Of a DNA stretch of 26,049 nt, positions 16,646 to 26,049 are shown one piece after another. This DNA comes from Rhodospirillales bacterium (lineage in GTDB: Bacteria; Pseudomonadota; Alphaproteobacteria; UBA8366; JADFVY01), in NCBI GenBank assembly GCA_024644185.1, contig JAHELM010000001.1:1-26049 (forward strand), in the 5' to 3' direction. Made by a program: the position numbers and the translations under genes. The notes under the pieces were generated by a model. That model worked only from the letters and a program-made list of their open reading frames with translations, was not told where the DNA came from and ran no database searches. Within the stretch, counting starts at the first letter, position 1, and the number at the start of each line of letters is the position of its first letter.

Positions 16646-18406
16646 ATGGCACGAGAGCCGATGAACGGAGCCCAAGTCGTCATCAAAGCCCTGATCGATC
16701 AGGGTGTCGATGTCGTATTCGGCTATCCGGGCGGCGCCGTGCTGCCGATCTATGACGCGCTGTTCAAGCAGAACCAGCTTCGCCATATCCTGGTCCGGCA
16801 GGAAGGCGGCGCGGTGCATGCGGCCGAGGGCTATGCCCGCTCCACCGGCAAGGTCGGCGTGGTGCTGGTGACCAGCGGCCCGGGCGCGACCAACGCGGTG
16901 ACCGGTTTGACCGACGCGCTGATGGACAGCATCCCGATCGTCTGCCTGACCGGCCAGGTGCCGACGCATCTGATCGGCAACGATGCCTTCCAGGAATGCG
17001 ACACGACCGGCATCACCCGGCCCTGCACCAAGCACAATTATCTGGTGAAGGACAAGAACCGGCTGGCACAGACCCTGCACGAGGCATTCTATATCGCGCG
17101 TAGCGGCCGGCCCGGCCCGGTGGTGGTGGACCTGCCGAAGGACATCCAGTTCGCCGAGTGCCCCTATGTCGGGCCGTCCAATGTCGTGCACAAGACCTAT
17201 CGCCCGCAGATAAAGGGCGACCGCAAGGCGATCGAGCAAGCGGTGGAGATGATCGCCAAGGCGAAGCGGCCGGTGATCTATGGCGGCGGCGGCATCATCA
17301 ATTCCGGCCCGGCGGCGGCCAAGCTGTTCAGCGAATTCGTGCGCATGACCGGTGCGCCGACGACGCTGACCCTGATGGGGCTGGGGGCGCTGCCGGCGAC
17401 CGACGAGCGCTATCTGGGCATGCTCGGCATGCACGGTACCTACGAAGCCAACATGGCGATGCACGATTGCGACCTGATGCTGTGCGTCGGGGCGCGCTTC
17501 GACGACCGGGTGACCGGGCGGCTGGATGCCTTCTCGCCCGGATCGAAGAAGATCCATATCGATATTGACCGCACCTCGATCAACAAGAATGTGGCGGTCG
17601 ACCTGGGCATCGTCGGCGACGTCGCCCACGTGCTGGAGGACATGATCAAGGTCTGGAAGGCCGGGCAGAAGCAGGTCGACAAGAAGGCGGTGGCCGCCTG
17701 GTGGAAAAAGGTCGACGAGTGGCGCGCCCGCGATTGCCTGAAGTTCAAGACCGACAAGAAGATCATCAAGCCGCAATACGCGATCCAGCGCCTCTATGAA
17801 CTGACCCGCGACCGCGAGACCTATATCACCACCGAGGTCGGCCAGCACCAGATGTGGGCCGCCCAGCACTACCGCTTCGAGAAGCCAAACCGCTGGATGA
17901 CCTCGGGCGGGCTGGGCACCATGGGGTATGGCCTGCCGGCCGCCGTCGGCGTGCAGATCGCGCATCCCGATGCACTGGTGGTCGATATCGCCGGCGAAGC
18001 CTCGATCATGATGAATATCCAGGAGATCGCGACGGCGGTACAGTACCGGCTTCCGGTGAAGATTTTCATCATCAACAACGAGTACATGGGAATGGTGCGC
18101 CAGTGGCAGGAGTTGCTGCATGGCGGTCGCTATTCCGAGAGCTATTCGGCGGCCTTGCCGGATTTCGTGAAACTGGCCGAGGCATTTGGCGCGGTCGGCC
18201 TGCGCGCGACCAAGCCGTCGGAGGTGGACGACGTCATCGGCGAGATGATCGCGGTCAACCGGCCGGTCATCGTCGACATCGCCGTCGACCAGAAGGAAAA
18301 CTGCTTCCCGATGATCCCGTCGGGCGCGGCCCACAACGAAATGCTGTTCGGCCCCGACGACGAAGCCGGCAAGCCGGTTTCGGAAGAAGGCATGGTCCTC
18401 GTTTGA
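16646..18406 (+). CDS. ilvB: Acetolactate synthase large subunit, 586 aa
   Basis: FGYPGGAVLP, TSGPGATN, GQVP, GARFDDRVTG, GQHQMW, SGGLGTMGYG, MVRQWQ. ATG 16646 with GGAG RBS. Confidence 0.97.
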   Translation: MAREPMNGAQVVIKALIDQGVDVVFGYPGGAVLPIYDALFKQNQLRHILVRQEGGAVHAAEGYARSTGKVGVVLVTSGPGATNAVTGLTDALMDSIPIVCLTGQVPTHLIGNDAFQECDTTGITRPCTKHNYLVKDKNRLAQTLHEAFYIARSGRPGPVVVDLPKDIQFAECPYVGPSNVVHKTYRPQIKGDRKAIEQAVEMIAKAKRPVIYGGGGIINSGPAAAKLFSEFVRMTGAPTTLTLMGLGALPATDERYLGMLGMHGTYEANMAMHDCDLMLCVGARFDDRVTGRLDAFSPGSKKIHIDIDRTSINKNVAVDLGIVGDVAHVLEDMIKVWKAGQKQVDKKAVAAWWKKVDEWRARDCLKFKTDKKIIKPQYAIQRLYELTRDRETYITTEVGQHQMWAAQHYRFEKPNRWMTSGGLGTMGYGLPAAVGVQIAHPDALVVDIAGEASIMMNIQEIATAVQYRLPVKIFIINNEYMGMVRQWQELLHGGRYSESYSAALPDFVKLAEAFGAVGLRATKPSEVDDVIGEMIAVNRPVIVDIAVDQKENCFPMIPSGAAHNEMLFGPDDEAGKPVSEEGMVLV

Positions 18407-18426
18407 GGGCGGAGGAATACGGAGTC

Positions 18427-18939
18427 ATGAACAACAACGCTCAAATCGAACGGCACACCGTCGCCGTCCTGGTGGACAACGAACCCGGCGTGCTGGCCCG
18501 CGTGATCGGCCTGTTTTCCGGCCGCGGCTATAATATCGAAAGCCTGACCGTCTCCGCCGTGTCGGAGGACGAGTCCATGTCGCGCATCACCATCGTCACC
18601 AGCGGCACGCCGATGATCATCGAGCAGATCAAGGCGCAGCTCGACCGCCTGGTACCGGTGCACGAAGTGCATGACCTGACCGCCGAGGGCGCCCATATCG
18701 AGCGCGAGATCGCCTTGGTCAAGGTGGTCGCCGGCGGCGCCGAGCGGCGCGAATCGCTGCGCATTGCCGACATCTTCAAGGCCGCGGTGGCCGATACCAC
18801 CCGGGAATCCTTCGTCTTCTCGCTGACCGGAAAACCGGAGAAACTCGATGCCTTCGTCGAACTGATGCGCGGACTCGGCAAGACCGAAGTCGCGCGCAGC
18901 GGCGTCGTCGGCATTGCCCGCGGCGCCAAGGCGCTGTAA
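18427..18939 (+). CDS. ilvN: Acetolactate synthase small (regulatory) subunit, 170 aa
   Basis: VDNEPGVLARVIGLFSGRGYNIESL ACT domain; ATG 18427 after GGAG. Confidence 0.97.
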   Translation: MNNNAQIERHTVAVLVDNEPGVLARVIGLFSGRGYNIESLTVSAVSEDESMSRITIVTSGTPMIIEQIKAQLDRLVPVHEVHDLTAEGAHIEREIALVKVVAGGAERRESLRIADIFKAAVADTTRESFVFSLTGKPEKLDAFVELMRGLGKTEVARSGVVGIARGAKAL

Positions 18940-18990
18940 GAAACCCCGACTTCAAGCGGGAACCAAGGGACACCCAACACAAAAGGATGA

Positions 18991-20019
<1,029 letters not shown>

Positions 20020-20045
20020 TACGTGCACCTGCACGGTGAGTTGGG

Positions 20046-20078
20046 ACGGGGCGCGGCATATGGGTTGCGCCCCGTTTT
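20046..20078 (+). terminator. Intrinsic terminator of the ilv operon
   Basis: Stem ACGGGGCGC (20046-20054) / GCGCCCCGT (20067-20075), extendable by G-U pairs, followed by TTTT. Confidence 0.8.
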
Positions 20079-20345
20079 CGTTTCGGCCATGCGACCCCCG
20101 CCGCGTATCGCGCACAGCGCGAACGCCGAATCCGCGCGTCGCGTTAACCGAAAATCGTTGCGGGGCCCTGTGGAAAAGTCGTAAAGATTGACCCGATGTT
20201 ACGGCGGCGTCGCGACCGATTCGGTGGTTTGCGGGAAAATTCAAAATATTCCCGCTTGCCGGTGAATGGCTTAGGATTTATTTAATCAAATTGGTCGTAT
20301 CACTTCGCCACGGCGAAACACCAAACGAGAGAGCAATACGCGGAC

Positions 20346-20501
20346 ATGCACGGAATTGTGAATACCATAGCCCCGATGGGGATGGGTATTGCCGCCGGCA
20401 CCGCGCGCTCAATCGGCCGTGAGATTCGCCCGGGGCAGGGGTGCCCCGTGGGTCTGGATCTGCTTGGCGGTGGGCTGCTTCCGCGACTTACCCGCCCCTG
20501 A
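20346..20501 (+). CDS. Putative leuA leader peptide (up to 51 aa)
   Basis: MHGIVNTIAPMGMGIAAGTARSIGREIRPGQGCPVGLDLLGGGLLPRLTRP*. All 6 Leu codons fall in the last 15 codons. Alternative in-frame starts at 20376, 20382 and 20448. Confidence 0.65.
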   Translation: MHGIVNTIAPMGMGIAAGTARSIGREIRPGQGCPVGLDLLGGGLLPRLTRP

Positions 20502-20585
20502 GCGTGGCTGCCGTCATGAATCGTGACGGCATGCGTTCAGGGGAATATTCGCGGAAACCCCAGTTCACGTGACCCAGGCAGAGGA
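20449..20585 (+). promoter_or_regulatory. Putative leucine-responsive translational attenuator of leuA
   Basis: Long hairpin 20495-20543 with no T-tract. UCUGCUUGG (20459-20467, on the Leu codons) pairs with CCAGGCAGA (20574-20582), which overlaps the SD AGAGGA. Confidence 0.6.
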
Positions 20586-20594
20586 TTCTTGACG

Positions 20595-22178
20595 ATGACG
20601 ACGACCACGGACCGTATACAACCAGATCAGACCGGAGACGTATCCAACCGCGTCCGGATATTCGACACCACGCTGCGCGATGGCGAGCAGTCGCCCGGCT
20701 GCTCGATGAATCTGGATGAAAAACTGCGCGTTGCCGACGCTCTCGAGGAAATGGGCGTCGACATCATCGAGGCCGGCTTCCCGATCGCCTCGAACGGCGA
20801 TTTCGATGCGGTCAGCGCGATTGCCAAACGGATAACCAAGTCCACCGTGGCCGGACTGGCCCGCGCCAACCGCAAGGACATCGATCGTGCCTGGGAGGCG
20901 CTGCGTCACGCCGCGCGCCCGCGTATCCACACCTTCATCTCGACCAGCCCGCTGCACATGAAGTTCAAGCTGCAGATGGAACCGGATGCCGTGCATGAGC
21001 GGCTGATCGATGCGATCGCTTATGCCCGCAACCTGTGCGACGACGTCGAGTGGAGTCCCGAGGACGGCACCCGCACCGAGCACGATTTCCTGTGTCGCTG
21101 CGTCGAGTCGGCGATCAAGGCCGGAGCCACGACGATCAATGTCCCCGACACCGTCGGCTACACCGTGCCGGAAGAATTCGCGGCGCTGATTTCCATGCTG
21201 ATGAACCGCGTGCCGAACATCGACAAGGCGGTGATCTCGGTGCATTGCCACAACGATCTGGGTCTGGCGGTTGCCAACTCCCTGGCTGCCGTCCGCGTCG
21301 GCGCGCGGCAGGTGGAATGCACCGTCAACGGTATCGGCGAACGCGCCGGGAACGCCGCCATGGAGGAAATCGTCATGGCGCTGAAGGTGCGCCAGGACGT
21401 GCTGCCCTTCCATACCGGCATCGCCAGCGAATACATCACCCAGACGAGCCATCTGGTTTCCACCATCACAGGTTTCCAGGTGCAGCCGAACAAGGCGATC
21501 GTCGGCGCCAATGCCTTCGCCCATGAATCCGGTATCCACCAGGATGGCATGCTGAAGCACGCCGGTACCTACGAGATCATGACGCCGGAATCGGTGGGGC
21601 TGCACAAGTCGACCCTGGTCATGGGCAAGCATTCCGGCCGCCATGCCTTCCGTTCGAAACTGAAGGAAATGGGCTACGAACTGGGCGAAAACGAGTTGGA
21701 AGACGCCTTCCACCGGTTCAAGGACCTGGCGGACAAGAAGAAGGACGTCTACGACGAGGATATCGTTGCCCTGGTCGACGACCAGATGCTGCATGCCAAC
21801 GATCGCGTCCGTTTCGTCTCGCTGCAGGTGATCGCCGGGTCGAAGGGGCCGCAATCGGCCGAACTGGAACTCGCCGTCGACGGCGAAACCAAGACCACCA
21901 GGGCGACGGGTTCGGGCCCGGTCGACGCCACTTTCAATGCCATCAAATTGCTGTTTCCGCATAGCGCTCGCCTGCAACTCTATCAGGTGCATGCGGTGAC
22001 CGAGGGCACCGATGCGCAGGCTCAGGTCACGGTGCGGCTGGAGGAAGACGGCAAGACCGTGAACGGCCAGGGCGCCGACACGGACACGCTGGTCGCCTCC
22101 GCGCGCGCGTATATCCACGCGCTGAACAAACTATTGGTAAAACGTGAAAAATCGGCGCTGTCGGCGATGTCCGCCTGA
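20595..22178 (+). CDS. leuA: 2-isopropylmalate synthase, 527 aa
   Basis: IFDTTLRDGEQSPG, HCHNDLG, GIGERAGN, HESGIHQDG, and C-terminal regulatory domain (GPVDA, GTDAQAQV). ATG 20595 lies 9 nt after AGAGGA. Confidence 0.97.
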   Translation: MTTTTDRIQPDQTGDVSNRVRIFDTTLRDGEQSPGCSMNLDEKLRVADALEEMGVDIIEAGFPIASNGDFDAVSAIAKRITKSTVAGLARANRKDIDRAWEALRHAARPRIHTFISTSPLHMKFKLQMEPDAVHERLIDAIAYARNLCDDVEWSPEDGTRTEHDFLCRCVESAIKAGATTINVPDTVGYTVPEEFAALISMLMNRVPNIDKAVISVHCHNDLGLAVANSLAAVRVGARQVECTVNGIGERAGNAAMEEIVMALKVRQDVLPFHTGIASEYITQTSHLVSTITGFQVQPNKAIVGANAFAHESGIHQDGMLKHAGTYEIMTPESVGLHKSTLVMGKHSGRHAFRSKLKEMGYELGENELEDAFHRFKDLADKKKDVYDEDIVALVDDQMLHANDRVRFVSLQVIAGSKGPQSAELELAVDGETKTTRATGSGPVDATFNAIKLLFPHSARLQLYQVHAVTEGTDAQAQVTVRLEEDGKTVNGQGADTDTLVASARAYIHALNKLLVKREKSALSAMSA

Positions 22179-22215
22179 AGCGTCCTCGTATGTGTTGGGA
22201 AAAAAGGAATAGACG

Positions 22216-22257
22216 ATGATCAAGCTTGCTCTGGAACTCATCGGGGGGCACTGGTAA
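22216..22257 (+). CDS. Candidate 13-aa uORF (MIKLALELIGGHW) directly upstream of mreB
   Basis: AAGGA at 22204-22208, 7-nt spacer, ATG 22216, TAA 22255-22257, 3 nt before the mreB ATG. Confidence 0.4.
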   Translation: MIKLALELIGGHW

Positions 22258-23295
<1,038 letters not shown>

Positions 23296-23352
23296 CGGTT
23301 AAACAGACGGGCAGTCAGGGGGCAACACGCGGTGGCGCGAAGGTAGACGGAG

Positions 23353-24237
23353 ATGATGCGATCACGGCCAGGAAGAATGATGCGGGCGTCCATGCCGTTC
23401 CGGTATGGCGCGCAACGCTCGACCTTTACCTTGCTGTTGCTGCTCTCGACCGCGATCATGCTGATCGGCAAGGCGGACCCGACCCTCTATGAGCGGACCC
23501 GCATGGCGGTTACCGATTTGACGGTGCCCGTGCTTGGCTTCATGTCGCAGCCTGTCGTCGCAGCATCCCAACTGATGGGCGACATCCGCAACGCCGCCAC
23601 GGTCTATCAGGACAACGTCGCCCTGCGCGAGGAGAACGAGCGGCTTCACCGCTGGCGTGCCGTCGCGCAAGGCCTGGAAAGCGAGAATGCCCGCCTGCGA
23701 CAAATGCTGAATTTCGCACCTGAAGCGCCCGCCACCTATATCAGCGGCCGGGTGATCGGCGATTCCGGCGGTGCCTTCCTGCGCAGCGTATTGCTGAACA
23801 TCGGTGCCCGCGAAGGCGTGCGCAAGGGCGCAGCCGCCGTCGATGACCGGGGTCTGATCGGCCGTATCGCGGAGGTCGGCGAATGGTCGTCGCGGGTGCT
23901 GCTTGTCACCGATCTGAACAGCCGCATTCCGGTATTCGTGGGCGAAAACCGCCAGCGGGCAATCATGGCGGGCGACAATACCGATATGCCCTATCTGGCG
24001 CATCTTCCAGCGGAAATCAGCATCGTCGCGGGCGATCTGGTGATCACCTCCGGACATGGCGGCGCCTTCCCGGCCGGACTTCCAGTGGGTATCGTGGTGC
24101 GTGGCGACGGCGAATTGCGGGTTCAGCCGTTCCTGTCGGCCGGGCGCCTCGAATTTGTTCGCCTGATGGATTTCGGCCTGACCGGCGTAATCCAGGATCA
24201 GACTCTCGGCGTGGCGGAAAGCCGCACAGGCCGCTGA
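23353..24237 (+). CDS. mreC: Rod shape-determining protein MreC
   Basis: N-terminal TM, coiled coil (LREENERL...LESENARLRQML), GLIGRIAEVG, SRVLLVTD.NSRIP, VITSG.GG.FP.GL.VG. Confidence 0.95.
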   Translation: MMRSRPGRMMRASMPFRYGAQRSTFTLLLLLSTAIMLIGKADPTLYERTRMAVTDLTVPVLGFMSQPVVAASQLMGDIRNAATVYQDNVALREENERLHRWRAVAQGLESENARLRQMLNFAPEAPATYISGRVIGDSGGAFLRSVLLNIGAREGVRKGAAAVDDRGLIGRIAEVGEWSSRVLLVTDLNSRIPVFVGENRQRAIMAGDNTDMPYLAHLPAEISIVAGDLVITSGHGGAFPAGLPVGIVVRGDGELRVQPFLSAGRLEFVRLMDFGLTGVIQDQTLGVAESRTGR

Positions 24238-24771
24238 ATGAGGGATTCGTCGTGGCATAGCGTCGACGGTGCCGCCCGAAATCTGACCCCGTCCCTGCTG
24301 ACGCTGCTGCTGGTTCTGTTCGGCCAGTTGCCGTTCGCGCTGCCGGGCCAGATGGCGGTTACGCCCTATTTCGTGCTGATGGCCGTCTATTACTGGGGTC
24401 TGCACCGGTCCGATCTGTTGCCGGCCACCGTGGTCTTCCTGATCGGCCTGCTGCAGGATGCGCTGGAGGGCGAGCCGTTTGGCGTAAATGCCTTCGTTCT
24501 GGTTGCGGTGTACTGGTTCGTGGCATCGCAGCAGCGATTATTCCGCGGCAAGCATTTCGTAGTCGTCTGGTGGGGATTTGCGATCGCGGCCCTGCTGGCG
24601 GCGCTGGCTCGCTGGATTCTGGTGTCGATCCTGCTGGGCATGGCGCTTGCCCCCTGGGGCCTGGCACTTGAATTCCTGGTGACCGTTGCGTTGTATCCGG
24701 TACTGACCGTGGCCTTCACCCTTGCGCACAAGACCCTGCCCCGCAGCGATCTTGGCGAGTTTCTGGACTAA
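24238..24771 (+). CDS. mreD: Rod shape-determining protein MreD
   Basis: Hydrophobic 177-aa protein immediately after mreC; AVYYW, GLLQDAL...PFGVNA. Confidence 0.9.
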   Translation: MRDSSWHSVDGAARNLTPSLLTLLLVLFGQLPFALPGQMAVTPYFVLMAVYYWGLHRSDLLPATVVFLIGLLQDALEGEPFGVNAFVLVAVYWFVASQQRLFRGKHFVVVWWGFAIAALLAALARWILVSILLGMALAPWGLALEFLVTVALYPVLTVAFTLAHKTLPRSDLGEFLD

Positions 24772-24779
24772 GACCGGCA

Positions 24780-26049
24780 ATGGCCAAGGAAAGCAACCGC
24801 GCGGAAATCTTCAGCCGGCGCTCGGCCTTGATCGTCGGCGGAAAGTTTCTGCTGCTCGCCGGTCTCGGTGGACGGCTCTATTCCCTGCAGGTGCTGGAGG
24901 CCGACCGCTATCGGGGCATGGCCGAGGACAACCGCATCAATCTGCGGCTGCTTGAGCCGACACGCGGCTATATCGTCGACCGTTACGGCGTACCGCTGGC
25001 CATCAATGTGCAGAGCTACGGCGTCGAAATCGTGCCCGAACAGACGAAGGATCTGGTGGCGACGCTGGACCTGCTCGGCCGGGTCATCGAAATTTCGCCG
25101 GAAGACCGTGTACGCATCCTGGCCCAGGCGAAGAAGAAGCGGCGCCGCGCCTTCCTGCCGCTGGCCGTCCGGGACAATCTGGACTGGGAGGAAGTCAGCC
25201 GGATCGAGGTGAATTCGCCCGACCTTCCGGGTGTCGGCATCCGCGTCGGGCAGGCTCGATACTATCCGCTGGGCGGTATCATGGCGCATGCGGTGGGCTA
25301 TGTTGGCGCGGTGACCGAGGCCGACCTGCAGGACGATCCCGACCCCCTGCTGGAACTGCCGTCGGTCCGCATCGGCAAGAACGGTCTGGAACGGCAATAC
25401 GATCTGGCGCTGCGCGGCAAGACCGGGACCGCCGAGGTGGAAGTCAACGCGATGGGCCGGGTGATCCAGGAATTCGACGATCCCAGCCGGAAGCCGGTCC
25501 AGGGCCATGACGTGGTGCTGACCATCGACGCCGAATTGCAGAAATTCATTGCCGCGCGTCTGGCTGCCGAGCGGGCGGCCGCCGTCGCGGTCATGGAAAT
25601 CGCCACCGGCGATGTGCTGGCGCTGGTCTCCACGCCGGGTTTCGACCCCAATCTCTTTACCAACGGCATCAGCCCGGCGGACTGGCAGTCGCTGATCGGC
25701 AACGCCTATGCGCCCCTGACCAACAAGACCGTGGCCGGCCAATACGCGCCCGGGTCGACCTTCAAGGTCGCGGTCATGATGGCGGCGCTGGAGGCCGGAA
25801 TCGGCCCGAGCTTTACCACCCACTGTTCCGGCTATCTCGAATTCGGCGACCGCCGATTCCACTGCTGGAAGAAATATGGCCACGGCACCCTCGACATGTT
25901 GGGCGGGGTCCGCGAATCCTGTGACGTCTACTTTTACGAATTGGCGCAGAAGGTCGGCATGGAGCGCATCGCCGCCATGGCGACACGGCTTGGCCTGGGC
26001 GCGGCAACCGGCATCGATATCCCCGGCGAGCGTCCCGGCGTGATCCCCA
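24780..26049 (+). CDS. mrdA: Penicillin-binding protein 2; truncated by the window edge
   Basis: Translated by hand (absent from the ORF track). ATG 24780, TM, RLYSLQV, PTRGYIVDR, IGKNGLE, LTIDAELQ, YAPGSTFK (SxxK at 25755-25766), SCD. No stop before 26049. Confidence 0.95.
   Translation, partial: MAKESNRAEIFSRRSALIVGGKFLLLAGLGGRLYSLQVLEADRYRGMAEDNRINLRLLEPTRGYIVDRYGVPLAINVQSYGVEIVPEQTKDLVATLDLLGRVIEISPEDRVRILAQAKKKRRRAFLPLAVRDNLDWEEVSRIEVNSPDLPGVGIRVGQARYYPLGGIMAHAVGYVGAVTEADLQDDPDPLLELPSVRIGKNGLERQYDLALRGKTGTAEVEVNAMGRVIQEFDDPSRKPVQGHDVVLTIDAELQKFIAARLAAERAAAVAVMEIATGDVLALVSTPGFDPNLFTNGISPADWQSLIGNAYAPLTNKTVAGQYAPGSTFKVAVMMAALEAGIGPSFTTHCSGYLEFGDRRFHCWKKYGHGTLDMLGGVRESCDVYFYELAQKVGMERIAAMATRLGLGAATGIDIPGERPGVIP

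Overview
GC-rich (about 65% by eye) alphaproteobacterial chromosomal segment, probably Rhodospirillales-like (inferred from mreBCD-mrdA next to leuA and ilvBNC). Left third (1-6766, mostly minus strand): a split cobalamin-dependent methyltransferase cluster (corrinoid protein, DUF1638, 'virulence factor' family protein, methyl-THF:corrinoid methyltransferase, and a truncated ASKHA/RACo-type reductive activator that the ORF track misses). It is interrupted by a dCache chemoreceptor and an unknown secreted protein with two 4-Cys repeats. Middle: 2-hydroxyacid dehydrogenase, degP with an RpoH-type promoter, an MFS transporter, and a divergent CHASE2 adenylate cyclase / FecR-domain pair with a perfect CtrA-type box between them. 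Right half is housekeeping: serB, miaA, ilvB-ilvN-ilvC, leuA, mreB-mreC-mreD and a truncated mrdA (also missing from the ORF track). Non-obvious signals: a Leu-rich leader peptide whose Leu codons can pair with the leuA Shine-Dalgarno, a 13-aa uORF with a strong RBS ending 3 nt before mreB, a second perfect CtrA-type box in the last codons of mreB, and a TGTCG direct repeat (21-bp period) upstream of the corrinoid operon. No rRNA, tRNA, CRISPR or mobile-element genes were seen. All family assignments come from motif recognition and memory; no database search was run.
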